NCBI GenBank assembly: GCA_046538415.1
Contig: JBKHIY010000006.1
Coordinates: 18,178 to 82,177 of the forward strand
DNA length: 64,000 nt
Source of the DNA: Candidatus Brocadiia bacterium
GTDB taxonomy: Bacteria > Planctomycetota > PUPC01 > DSUN01
Reading direction: 5' to 3'
The position numbers and the translations under genes were made by a program. Positions 46,805 to 54,753 of this stretch are shown here, piece by piece; position 1 is the first letter of the stretch; every line of letters begins with the position of its first letter. The notes under the pieces were generated by a model. That model had not been told where the DNA came from and ran no database searches. It worked only from the letters and a program-made list of their open reading frames with translations.

Positions 46805-49639
46805 TCAGCGCCCGCGGTCCTTGTCCTCTTCCGCGCGGCGCTTCTCCTCCAGCCACTGGCGCCACTTGGCGGGGTCGGTGCCGCAGTCGAGCCGGTCCTC
46901 CCACGAGCCCATCCGCCTGAGCTGGCTGAGCGCTTCCTTGCGGGCCGCATCGTCCTTGTGGCTCAATGCCTTGATGAAGAGGTCAGGTGCGTCGCGGCCG
47001 GCGATGGCCTTGATGGCGCCCACGATTCGCTCCCTGGCATAGTCGCTGGGGTCGCCCAGATGCGCCATGAGCGGTTGCAGTGCCCGCCTGTCGGGCAGGC
47101 GGCCCAGCACCTCCGCCACGGCCATTCGCACCCGGTCGTTCGGGTCGTCCAGCGCCGTGAGGAGCTTGGTGACGGCCCGCTCGCCGCCGGTCCAGCGGAC
47201 GAGGCCGGAGGGTCGCGGGTATCCGGTCTTGGAGCGCAGGGCCTGGGCCGCGGCGAGGCGCACGTGGGGCGCCGGGTCGCTCAGCGCGCCGCACAGGAGG
47301 CCCACGACGCGCGTGTCCTTCTTCCGTTTCAGGGCAGCGACGGCGCTGGCTCGGACGGCCCCTTCGCGGTCTGTCAGGGCGATGAGGATGGCGTTGAAGG
47401 CCTCTGGGCCGTCCATGCGGCCCATGGCCTCGGCTGCGGCGGCCCGCACCTCGGCCGCGGGATCCGTGCGAGCCTTGACGAGCGGCGCGACCGCACGCGG
47501 CTCCTTGATGGCGCCGAGCGACTTCGCGGCGTTGGCTCGGACAGACGGCGCATCGTCGGCGAGACGAGCGAGCAGCGGCTCCACGGCGGATTGCACGAGC
47601 TTCCGCTTCCACGACAGGATACCGACCCGACCGAGCGTCTCGGCCGCTGCCGCGCGGACCTCCGGCGCCTCGTCCGACAGGGCGTCGAGGAGCGGCTCGA
47701 GCCCCTGTCGGCTCTCCTTCGTCAGAGTCCAGCGCAGTGCCCGGGCGGCTGCGGCGCGGATGCGGGGCGTCTCCACGGTCTTCAGGCACGCGGCCAGCGG
47801 CGGCACGGCCTGGTCCTTGAGGCGGCTGGACAAGATGTCAATCGTCTTCGTGGCCCTTCGCCGGAGCCAGTCCTCCTCGGTCTTCAGGCTGTCCAGCAGC
47901 GGCCCGATGGCGCGGGCGTCGCCGGCTTTCCCCAATCCTTCCGCCGCGGCCGCCCGCGCCTGTAGGCTTCCCGTCTTGAGAACCTTGAAGAATACCTCCT
48001 GGGCGGGGGGCCCCAGGTCCCCTAACACCACTTTGGCCCCGACGCGGTCGTTGAGGTTCTCCAGTTGCCTGGCGATCTCGCCGGCCACGGGGAGCAGTTC
48101 CTTCCGCCAGGGGTCGGGAAGAGGCGTTCGCAGGTTGGCGAGGGCCGTGCGTGCTTCGGTGCGGACGGCCGCGTTCTTGTCCTCCAGCCCCTTCTTCAGA
48201 GCACGCAGCAGCTTCATCATGGCGGGTGAGACCGGCTTGCCCCGACGGGGCGGATGATCGAGCGCGATGGACCGCAACCCTTTCGCCGCCAGCCGACGCG
48301 CCTCGGGGACGTCGCTCGCCAGCCCGGCGAGAAACGCCTCGATGGCCCGCGGCCCGACACACGCGAGGACGTACCACGCCCGCTCCCGCACGGCCGGGCG
48401 AGTGTCCTCCAGGAACACCTTGGCCACGGGCTCCAGGCCGGCGTCCTCGTGCTCGCGAAGCAACTGCGCCAGGGCCTGCTGGCTGCCGCTGCGGTCCTGC
48501 CCCTCGGCGCACATAGTCTCCAGCAGCGGCCCGACCGCCCGAAGGTCCCCGTATCGCCGCAGAGCGTGTGCGGCCGTGGCTCGCACGGTGTAGTTGGGGT
48601 CGCGGAGCAGCCTGGCAATGGCCGGCACGGTCTCGGGAGCGGGTATCTGCTTGAGCACATTGCAGGTGTCCCGCCGCACCTTCCAGTTCTCGTGCGAGAG
48701 CAGGCCGAGGAGCGGGGGCACGGCCGGCTCGCCAATGGCGCGGAGGGCTTTCCCCGCGGCGTCGGACTCCGGGTAGCCGCCCTGCACCAACGCGGCCAGC
48801 GCGTCCGCCGCTCGCGGGTCCGCGATCGTCTCCATCGCGCGGACAACGTGCAGCCGCAGCTCCTTATCGCCCTCGCTCAGCAGGCGTAGCAACGCGGGCG
48901 TCGCCTCGTTGCTCCCGACTTCGCCAAGCGCCGTCACGACGTGCCGCTGGAGATGAGGGCCGGCACCGCGCAGCAGCTCGATGAGCGGCCCGACGGCTCC
49001 CTCGGCTTTCCACGCGCCCAGGGCCCTCACGGCGTTGATCCGCAGGAGCGGGTCCTGGCTCCCCAGCTGTTCGATCGCTTTGGCCGCCGCTGCCGCTCCG
49101 GCCTCCGGGTCCACGAGCATCTTCGAGCGGGACGAGAGCCACGTGCCGAGCAGGAGGTAGTCGCTGGGCTCGAGCTTTCCGCTCCACTGGCGAGGCGGCG
49201 CGGGTGCTTCGCTCGCTCCCCCTTCAAGGATGCGGATGGTGGTGGAGCTGGAATGCAGCGCGGGACACGAGTACCGCATCCTCACCTCAAAGAGCAGGGT
49301 TTCGTCGTCCGGCTCTTCCACTTCGGCCAAGGGAAGATGGGCGGTGGCTGTGTAGTCCAGGCTGAACCACTGCGTCCGAATGTCGCGGCCGCACTCGGAG
49401 CAGCGCCCGAAGGCGGGAGCATTCCCCACCACGTAGCGGAAGAGGATCGCCGCCGGGCCGGCCACAATCTTCAGCCCTTCGTGCCCATCGAGGTGAAGGG
49501 ACCTGGTCGCGGTCATCGCGTGACTGCCCGTGCTGCCCACGTACAGGAGCCCGTCGCTGGCGGGGTCGAACTTCACGCCGTCGCGCTTGCCGGCGCGACC
49601 CACGATGTGCACGATGCCCCAGGCGTTGCGGTTCGGCAC
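46805..49639 (-). CDS. HEAT-repeat protein (PBS-lyase HEAT-like repeats), 944 aa, with an unassigned N-terminal domain of about 170 aa
   Basis: Many tandem units of the type D..VR..A..ALG.....AV.PL...L.D (for example DPLLRINAVRALGAWKAEGAVGPLIELL; NWKVRRDTCNVLKQIPAPETVPAIARLLRD). GTG start 3 nt after the stop of the upstream small gene. The N-terminal part contains GRCSECGRD. Confidence 0.8.
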   Translation of the reverse strand: MPNRNAWGIVHIVGRAGKRDGVKFDPASDGLLYVGSTGSHAMTATRSLHLDGHEGLKIVAGPAAILFRYVVGNAPAFGRCSECGRDIRTQWFSLDYTATAHLPLAEVEEPDDETLLFEVRMRYSCPALHSSSTTIRILEGGASEAPAPPRQWSGKLEPSDYLLLGTWLSSRSKMLVDPEAGAAAAAKAIEQLGSQDPLLRINAVRALGAWKAEGAVGPLIELLRGAGPHLQRHVVTALGEVGSNEATPALLRLLSEGDKELRLHVVRAMETIADPRAADALAALVQGGYPESDAAGKALRAIGEPAVPPLLGLLSHENWKVRRDTCNVLKQIPAPETVPAIARLLRDPNYTVRATAAHALRRYGDLRAVGPLLETMCAEGQDRSGSQQALAQLLREHEDAGLEPVAKVFLEDTRPAVRERAWYVLACVGPRAIEAFLAGLASDVPEARRLAAKGLRSIALDHPPRRGKPVSPAMMKLLRALKKGLEDKNAAVRTEARTALANLRTPLPDPWRKELLPVAGEIARQLENLNDRVGAKVVLGDLGPPAQEVFFKVLKTGSLQARAAAAEGLGKAGDARAIGPLLDSLKTEEDWLRRRATKTIDILSSRLKDQAVPPLAACLKTVETPRIRAAAARALRWTLTKESRQGLEPLLDALSDEAPEVRAAAAETLGRVGILSWKRKLVQSAVEPLLARLADDAPSVRANAAKSLGAIKEPRAVAPLVKARTDPAAEVRAAAAEAMGRMDGPEAFNAILIALTDREGAVRASAVAALKRKKDTRVVGLLCGALSDPAPHVRLAAAQALRSKTGYPRPSGLVRWTGGERAVTKLLTALDDPNDRVRMAVAEVLGRLPDRRALQPLMAHLGDPSDYARERIVGAIKAIAGRDAPDLFIKALSHKDDAARKEALSQLRRMGSWEDRLDCGTDPAKWRQWLEEKRRAEEDKDRGR

Positions 49640-49642
49640 CCG

Positions 49643-50008
49643 CTACCGGCCCTCCTGGAGGCCCTGGAGCAGGAGCTCCAATCCCTCCTTCGGGGCGAGC
49701 TGCACGGCGGCGACGGCCACGTAGGCGGAGCAGTCGGGCCGCTTCAGTCGCTCGGCCAGCGCCGGCAGAACCTCCCGGCCCTCGGCGGCGAGCTTGCGGT
49801 ACGCCTCGAGGTTCAGCTTGCCCGTCTCGGGGTCTTCGAGCTGGTCGAGGAGGGCTTGGACGGCAGGTTCCCCCGCCAGCGCGCCAGATGGCTGCCAGAT
49901 GCACAGCCCGGCGAGGAGCGTCGCGAAGACCGCCATCCAGGGCACGCGGCGAACCGGCAAGCCGCTGCTCGCCAGAACACCGATGGCCGCCTCAGACGGA
50001 GTCCACAC
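49643..50008 (-). CDS. Small secreted helical protein (hypothetical), about 121 aa
   Basis: ORF 49643..50086 trimmed to the GTG at 50008 (GAGGAGGG 6 nt upstream). Signal-like RRVPWMAVFATLLAGLCIWQPSGALAGE; ATG at 49936 is an alternative. The mature part is helical (AVQALLDQLEDPETGKLNLEAYRKLAAEGREVLPALAERL). Tightly coupled to the HEAT gene. Confidence 0.5.
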   Translation of the reverse strand: MWTPSEAAIGVLASSGLPVRRVPWMAVFATLLAGLCIWQPSGALAGEPAVQALLDQLEDPETGKLNLEAYRKLAAEGREVLPALAERLKRPDCSAYVAVAAVQLAPKEGLELLLQGLQEGR

Positions 50009-50051
50009 CGGTCGTCCCTCCTCTGGCCCCGCCGAATGTCGCCTTCCCCGT

Positions 50052-50080
50052 ATGCTAGATCCCGACCTCTCCGCGCTCAA
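50052..50080 (-). promoter_or_regulatory. Sigma70-like promoter, TTGAGC-17-TAGCAT (minus strand)
   Basis: Reverse complement of 50052-50080 reads TTGAGC gcggagaggtcgggatc TAGCAT, about 40 nt upstream of the GTG at 50008. Confidence 0.35.
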
Positions 50081-50411
50081 GCGCAATGCGGGGAACCCCG
50101 CCAGCGGAACCGGGCCGCGGCCCCGCCCGAGGCCATGTTCTTGCCGCTATCTTCCTCGCAAGGCAGGCCTTGGGTCGGACCCCTGCGAAGGGCCTGCGCG
50201 CGCACGCCCCCGACGAGCCATCCCCCTCGGCCTCAACTCCGAGGGAAGAAGCCCAGGGGAATTGCCCGCCGGCTGCCGCTGAGATGTCGCGGGCGGACTC
50301 GTGCTTCACAGCGATCGCAAGTGGCGCCGTGCCGCACCGCGCCGGGCACGGCGACACCGTACGTGCACAAGGGGCAATTGCTGGGGAAAGCAGAGCTGGA
50401 AGCAGGACCGC

Positions 50412-50488
50412 TGGCGAGGGCGAGGGGACTCGAACCCCCAACCACCAGATCGACAGTCTGGTACTCTAGCCGATTGAGCTACGCCCCC
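50412..50488 (-). tRNA. tRNA-Asp (anticodon GTC), CCA encoded
   Basis: Hand-folded cloverleaf. Acceptor GGGGGCG/CGCCCTC (one G-U pair), D stem GCTC/GAGT, anticodon stem CCAGA/TCTGG with loop CTGTCGA, T arm GGGGG-TTCGAGT-CCCCT, discriminator G, CCA. Confidence 0.95.
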
Positions 50489-50523
50489 AGGCCATGGGCG
50501 GGCCGAGCGACAGGCCCACCCAT

Positions 50524-50600
50524 TGGTGGGCGATGGCGGATTCGAACCGCCGACTTCATCCTTGTAAGGGATGCGCTCTGGCCCGCTGAGCTAATCGCCC
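50524..50600 (-). tRNA. tRNA-Val (anticodon TAC), CCA encoded
   Basis: Hand-folded cloverleaf. Acceptor GGGCGAT/ATCGCCC, D stem GCTC/GAGC, anticodon stem CATCC/GGATG with loop CTTACAA, T arm GGCGG-TTCGAAT-CCGCC, discriminator A, CCA. Confidence 0.95.
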
Positions 50601-50634
50601 AGAAAACGCCTGGACTCAAGCCCTGACTTGGCTA

Positions 50635-50663
50635 AAATTACCACATCCGCGGCCCGGTGTCAA
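50635..50663 (-). promoter_or_regulatory. Sigma70-like promoter of the tRNA-Val/tRNA-Asp unit, TTGACA-17-TAATTT (minus strand)
   Basis: Reverse complement of 50635-50663 reads TTGACA ccgggccgcggatgtgg TAATTT. It lies about 30 nt upstream of the tRNA-Val 5' end, in an AT-richer patch. Confidence 0.45.
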
Positions 50664-50722
50664 TGTTTTCTTCTGGCTCAGGCGACCCCCTCGGGGCTGC
50701 CGGGCGGCAGGTGAGGAACGCC

Positions 50723-52360
50723 GTGAGAACGCGCTGGCGCACCATGCTATCCTGGGGAGTTGGGCTCCTGGGCCTCGCCGCCGCGGTCGCGCCCACAGCC
50801 GCCGGCGAGCTGGAGGCGGAGGTGGTGCCGGCGCTCGGCGGGGCGTTTCGCAGAGGGTCCACCGTGGTGCTGCGGGTCACGCTCACCAACAACGGACCCG
50901 CCGTCTCGGGCCGGCTGGACCTGGTGGTCGAGGGGGTGGTCTACCGCCGCCCGCTCGCCATGGGTGCGGAGGCGACTGCGACGGTGGACGTGGCGGCCTG
51001 CGTCTATTCCGAGGCCAGCAGGGCTCGCCTGGTGGCGACGACGGACGGGGGCGAGGAGCTGCTGGGGAGGTCGGTGGACCTTGGGCTGCTGGGCGGCGCG
51101 GAGCGGCCGTTGGTGGTTGCCGCCGCCGAGGCCCGGGCCGCGGCCGTGGACCTTTTCGGGCCGGGGCTCACGGCGGTGGAGCAGGGCGAGCTCCCGCACC
51201 TCGCCGCGGCCTATGCGCCGGTGGACGCCCTGGTGCTGTGGGCCGACGGGTCCGCGCTTTCCCCTGCCGCGGGCGAGGCGGTGGGCCAGTGGATCCGAGG
51301 TGGTGGGCTGGCTGTGTTTCTGCTGCCCCCAGAGGTGCCGGTGCGGACGACGAGCTTGCTCGCGGACCTGGGGGCCTGTGCGGGCCGTCCGTCGGCGAGC
51401 GCCTGGCTGGAGGCGGCGAGGGAGCGGGAGGGGACCTGGGCGGTCGGCGAGGGGGTGGCGTGGCGGCTGGGGCTCGGCCACGTGGTCGCGGGGCCGGCGG
51501 AAGGGCTGGCGCCCCGGGCAGTGGCCGACCTGCTGCCGGCCGGGCCGGAAGGCTACGCGTGGGCGGATCGGGGGGTCTACGAGTCGCTGGCCGGGCCGCG
51601 GTGGAGCAAGGGCGCGCGCCACGCGCTGGCGTGGAAGGCCCTCGGGCTCCTCGCGGTGGCGACCGCGCTGGGGCTCGTGCTGCCGCGCCGCTGGGGGGCG
51701 CGGAGGACCCTGGTGTGCGCCGCGGCAGGCTCCGGCCTGCTGGCCGCCGTGGCCTTCGCGATGGTGCTGCCCTCGGGTCGGGCGGTGGTGGAGACGGCGG
51801 CGGTGGTGGAATGCGTGGGGGGCGGCTCGGAGGGCCGGCGGACCGAGGTGGTGGGGGTGAGCGGATGGGGCAGGGGGCACGCGCGGCTGGACCTCGGCCA
51901 GGCCCTGGCCGTCGTGCCTTTCTACCATACGGCGGAGGACGCGGGGACCTGGGACGACGTGGTGGTGGCCTGCGACGAAACGGGTCGCTGGAGCGTGGAG
52001 CTGGACATCGAGCGCCACGAGCGCTACGCCTTCGCCGCCTGGTGGGCGTGGGGCAGCGCCCGGGGCGCCTCTGGTGGCTTCGGAAAGGGCGACCTCGTGA
52101 CCCGCGACTGGCAGGCCGCGGTGGCCGACGGGCCGGGGCTGCCCCCGCCAGCGGCCTGGGTGCCCGTGCGGTCGGTACAGGGCTGGGAGAAGCCCCAGCG
52201 CGAGCTGCTGGCCTGGCAGGGACGGCGAGCGGGGCGGGGCGGCAGGCTCTATCGCGTGGAGCTGCGAGAGGACTGGCAGACGGAGATCGAGGGACGGGGC
52301 GTGCTGGAGGTGCGCCAGCGGCCCGCCCTGGTGTGGGTGGACGTGACGGCCGGGGAGTAG
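50723..52360 (+). CDS. Hypothetical membrane-anchored protein with a GATase1-like (DUF1355/ThuA-like) module
   Basis: ORF 50657..52360 trimmed to the GTG at 50723 (GAGGAA upstream); ATG at 50744 is an alternative. Signal/TM WGVGLLGLAAAVAPTAAGE. The segment VDALVLWADGSALSPAAGEAVGQWIRGGGLAVFLLP resembles class-I amidotransferase-like folds of Bat/DUF1355-type proteins. Two central TM helices. Composition is protein-like, unlike the three overlapping Arg/Pro/Gly-rich ORFs. Confidence 0.6.
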   Translation: MRTRWRTMLSWGVGLLGLAAAVAPTAAGELEAEVVPALGGAFRRGSTVVLRVTLTNNGPAVSGRLDLVVEGVVYRRPLAMGAEATATVDVAACVYSEASRARLVATTDGGEELLGRSVDLGLLGGAERPLVVAAAEARAAAVDLFGPGLTAVEQGELPHLAAAYAPVDALVLWADGSALSPAAGEAVGQWIRGGGLAVFLLPPEVPVRTTSLLADLGACAGRPSASAWLEAAREREGTWAVGEGVAWRLGLGHVVAGPAEGLAPRAVADLLPAGPEGYAWADRGVYESLAGPRWSKGARHALAWKALGLLAVATALGLVLPRRWGARRTLVCAAAGSGLLAAVAFAMVLPSGRAVVETAAVVECVGGGSEGRRTEVVGVSGWGRGHARLDLGQALAVVPFYHTAEDAGTWDDVVVACDETGRWSVELDIERHERYAFAAWWAWGSARGASGGFGKGDLVTRDWQAAVADGPGLPPPAAWVPVRSVQGWEKPQRELLAWQGRRAGRGGRLYRVELREDWQTEIEGRGVLEVRQRPALVWVDVTAGE

Positions 52361-52373
52361 GACCGCCTCCCGC

Positions 52374-53348
52374 CTACGGCTTGATGACGATGGAGCTCTT
52401 GCCGCGGACCATCAGGTCGTAGACCAGCTCCACGTCCTTGTTGAGCATGCGGATGCAGCCCTTGGAGCGCTCCTTGCCGATGGAATCGGGCTCCCAGGTG
52501 CCGTGGATTCCGTACTGCCCGGCGCCGGCCCCCTGGATGGTGATCCAGCGGGTGCCCAGGGGGTTGTTCTCCTTGTCGTCGTAGGGGATGTGGGGGTAGA
52601 CGGCGGTGTAGGGGGGCTTGGGGATTTTCTCGCCGGCCACGAACTCGCCTACCGGCGTGGTGCCGTCCTTGCCCAGGCCCACGGGGAACTCGCGGATCCA
52701 CAGGCCCTCCTTGTAGACGGTGAGCTTGAAGTCGCTCTTGACCACCACCGCGTCGAAGGGGCCGGGGATCACCTTGAGCTTCTGGCCGGGCACGATGGTG
52801 TCGCTCTTCAGGCCGTTGAGGCGCTGGATGAGCCCCACCGTGGTGGTGTGCTGCTTGGCGATCTTCCACAGCGTGTCGCCCCGGGCCACCTCGTGGGTCA
52901 CCGACAGGTGGCCGGGCTTCGAGGAGAAGACGATCTCCTCGGTGAGCTTGTTGATACGGGCTTTCAGGGGGCCGGGGTCGTCGGGCCGGGGCTCGGCGGC
53001 GAGGGCGCGGGAGAGGAGGCTGTGGGCCTCCTGGTGCTTTCCCGCGGCGGTGAAGGCGTCGGCCTTGGCCGCGGCCTCTTCGACGCTCTGAGGCTCCGGC
53101 GGCTGGGGCTCCTCGTCCTGGCCTTCGTCCTCGGCCTCCTGGGGCTCGCCCTCGGTCTCCTTGGGCTTTTCGGCGACGGTCTCGGCCTCGGCCTGGGAGG
53201 CGTCGCCGGTGGGCGTCGTGATGCTGCCCTTGCGCGGCCCGGCATCCTCCTCGTCCGTCGCGCCCCGAGTGCGAGGACGGAGCTGGATGACCAGGACGAC
53301 GGCGATGACCACCACCACGACACCGAGAGCCAGCCAGGACCGTCTCAT
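52374..53348 (-). CDS. LysM domain-containing L,D-transpeptidase (YkuD family)
   Basis: N-terminal TM anchor and an acidic disordered linker. LysM block HEVARGDTLWKIAKQHTTTVGLIQRLNGLKSDTIVPGQKLKV. YkuD catalytic region YGIHGTWEPDSIGKERSKGCIRM. AGGAGG upstream. Confidence 0.9.
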   Translation of the reverse strand: MRRSWLALGVVVVVIAVVLVIQLRPRTRGATDEEDAGPRKGSITTPTGDASQAEAETVAEKPKETEGEPQEAEDEGQDEEPQPPEPQSVEEAAAKADAFTAAGKHQEAHSLLSRALAAEPRPDDPGPLKARINKLTEEIVFSSKPGHLSVTHEVARGDTLWKIAKQHTTTVGLIQRLNGLKSDTIVPGQKLKVIPGPFDAVVVKSDFKLTVYKEGLWIREFPVGLGKDGTTPVGEFVAGEKIPKPPYTAVYPHIPYDDKENNPLGTRWITIQGAGAGQYGIHGTWEPDSIGKERSKGCIRMLNKDVELVYDLMVRGKSSIVIKP

Positions 53349-53504
53349 AGCGTTCGCCTCCTGCTCGTCGTTCGGCGGGCCTCGCGCGAGGCGTTGCGGA
53401 CACCGGGCGCCGGCCTCGGCGCGCTGCTACGTGCATCGCATGTGGGAAGGCAGCACGGGGAGCCACGGGGGAGCGCCGCTGCCCGGACCTCGGGGACCCT
53501 GGGG

Positions 53505-53533
53505 AGTGTAGCGCAATGCCCCGGGCGATGCAA
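53505..53533 (-). promoter_or_regulatory. Possible sigma70-like promoter, TTGCAT-17-TACACT (minus strand), upstream of the L,D-transpeptidase
   Basis: Reverse complement reads TTGCAT cgcccggggcattgcgc TACACT. It implies a leader of about 150 nt, which lowers confidence. Confidence 0.3.
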
Positions 53534-53547
53534 GAGCAATCGGCGGG

Positions 53548-54375
53548 CTACCCGCGATAGCCGCGGTCGCGTCGCTTGCGGCTCTGGTCTTCGAGGAACT
53601 GGCGTTCCCTGCGGGTCAGGCTGTCGAAGCCCTCGCGGCTGATCTTGGCCAGAATCTCGTCCATCCGCTTCTCGTCGTCGGCCAGCTGCGTCGCCTCTCG
53701 CTCGTGGGCCCGGTCCTGGAGACGAGCGAAGAAGTCCTCCACCGCCCGTCCGTGCCGCCAGAAGAGAAACCCGAACAGCGCTCCGCCCAGGTGGGCCGTG
53801 TGGGCCACCCCGTCGTGGTAGCTGGTGAGGCTGTAGAGCAGGTCGATGCCCAGGATCATGATCACGAACCACTTGATGGTCATGGGGATGAGGAAGAACA
53901 GCAGGATCGTGCGGTTCGGAAAGTGGATGGCGTAGACCACCAGCAGGGCCATCACCGCCGCCGAAGCCCCGATCGCCGGCTGCTGCGAACGCGCCAGATA
54001 CTGAGTCAGGCAGTAGGCCAGGCCCCCTACCACCCCGCCGCCCAGGTAGAGCATCAGGAACCGACGCCGCCCCAGCAGACGCTCCAACTCCGTGCCAAAC
54101 CAATAGAGCAAGAGCATATTCATGATTATGTGGAACAGGTGCCCCAGGCTGTGGAGGAACATGTAGGTGAACACCTGCCACACCCACAGGTGCTCGACGA
54201 CCAGGTCGGCTCGCACCCCGAGGTAGGCCGCCAGGCGCACCCTGCCGCCCAGCAGCGCCTGGAGGACGAAGATCGCCACGTTGATGATGATCAGGGTCTT
54301 GACCGTCGAGCCGGCGCGGGGGAACCCGATGCCCCCACCCCAGCCGCCGTACCCGCGCTCGCCGTGGTACTGCAC
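53548..54375 (-). CDS. Rhomboid family intramembrane serine protease with a C-terminal cytoplasmic extension
   Basis: Motifs [23 protein letters not shown], catalytic GASAAVMAL (GxSxA) and AHLGGALFG (His). The GTG start is taken from the track; the exact start is uncertain. Confidence 0.85.
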   Translation of the reverse strand: MQYHGERGYGGWGGGIGFPRAGSTVKTLIIINVAIFVLQALLGGRVRLAAYLGVRADLVVEHLWVWQVFTYMFLHSLGHLFHIIMNMLLLYWFGTELERLLGRRRFLMLYLGGGVVGGLAYCLTQYLARSQQPAIGASAAVMALLVVYAIHFPNRTILLFFLIPMTIKWFVIMILGIDLLYSLTSYHDGVAHTAHLGGALFGFLFWRHGRAVEDFFARLQDRAHEREATQLADDEKRMDEILAKISREGFDSLTRRERQFLEDQSRKRRDRGYRG

Positions 54376-54491
54376 CCTCTGTGGCTCCCAGTCCGCGGGG
54401 ACACCCGGCTCCGCGCACGTAGCCTAGCACGATCTCCAGGGCGGGTCAACTCCCTCCAGCCGCCTCCCCCGCGCCCGGCCCGGACATGCGG

Positions 54492-54523
54492 CGGCCCGCC
54501 ACGAAACTGCCCCGGGCGGGCCG
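54492..54523 (-). terminator. GC hairpin immediately 3' of tRNA-Thr
   Basis: CGGCCCGCC ... GGCGGGCCG, a 9-bp perfect stem with a 14-nt loop, starting 3 nt after the tRNA CCA end on the minus strand. No U-tract. Confidence 0.3.
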
Positions 54524-54525
54524 AC

Positions 54526-54601
54526 TGGAGCCCATGGTCGGACTCGAACCGACAACCTCAGCTTTACGAAAGCTGTGCTCTACCGATTGAGCTACACGGG
54601 C
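54526..54601 (-). tRNA. tRNA-Thr (anticodon CGT), CCA encoded
   Basis: Hand-folded cloverleaf. Acceptor GCCCGTG/CATGGGC (one G-U pair), D stem GCTC/GAGC, anticodon stem CAGCT/AGCTG with loop TTCGTAA, T arm GTCGG-TTCGAGT-CCGAC, discriminator T, CCA. Confidence 0.95.
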
Positions 54602-54613
54602 CGCACGCCCCAT

Positions 54614-54642
54614 GTTATACCCGGTTTCCCGGCCCCATGCAA
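54614..54642 (-). promoter_or_regulatory. Sigma70-like promoter of tRNA-Thr, TTGCAT-17-TATAAC (minus strand)
   Basis: Reverse complement of 54614-54642 reads TTGCAT ggggccgggaaaccggg TATAAC. The -10 ends 12 nt before the tRNA 5' end. Confidence 0.45.
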
Positions 54643-54658
54643 GTTCGCGTTCGGGTGC

Positions 54659-54687
54659 TTGACTCCGCGGGCGGGAATGTGCACAAT
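54659..54687 (+). promoter_or_regulatory. Sigma70-like promoter, TTGACT-17-CACAAT, upstream of trpB2
   Basis: Hexamers at 54659-54664 and 54682-54687. It sits back-to-back with the tRNA-Thr promoter. Confidence 0.4.
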
Positions 54688-54753
54688 GTGGCGACCTGTG
54701 CTTCCCAGGGGCCTAGCCCCGCAGGCCTTCAACTCCCGAAAGGAGGGGACCTC

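Noticed and set aside
50087-50411. A 325-nt gene-free stretch downstream of tRNA-Asp, examined as a possible ncRNA (tmRNA, RNase P RNA, SRP RNA, 6S) or small-protein locus.
   Set aside because: I recognised none of the conserved motifs of those RNAs and no tRNA-like 3' end. The ORFs here (50055..50441-, 50086..50469+, 50233..50445-) are Arg/Pro/Gly/Ala-rich artefacts. The region contains the promoter assigned to the small-protein/HEAT unit. A covariance-model scan (Rfam/Infernal) would be needed to exclude an ncRNA.
50412-54601. The segment bracketed by tRNA-Asp/Val and tRNA-Thr, examined as a possible integrated genomic island.
   Set aside because: There is no integrase, no duplicated tRNA 3'-end (att) sequence and no visible compositional shift. 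The content is housekeeping-like (L,D-transpeptidase, rhomboid).
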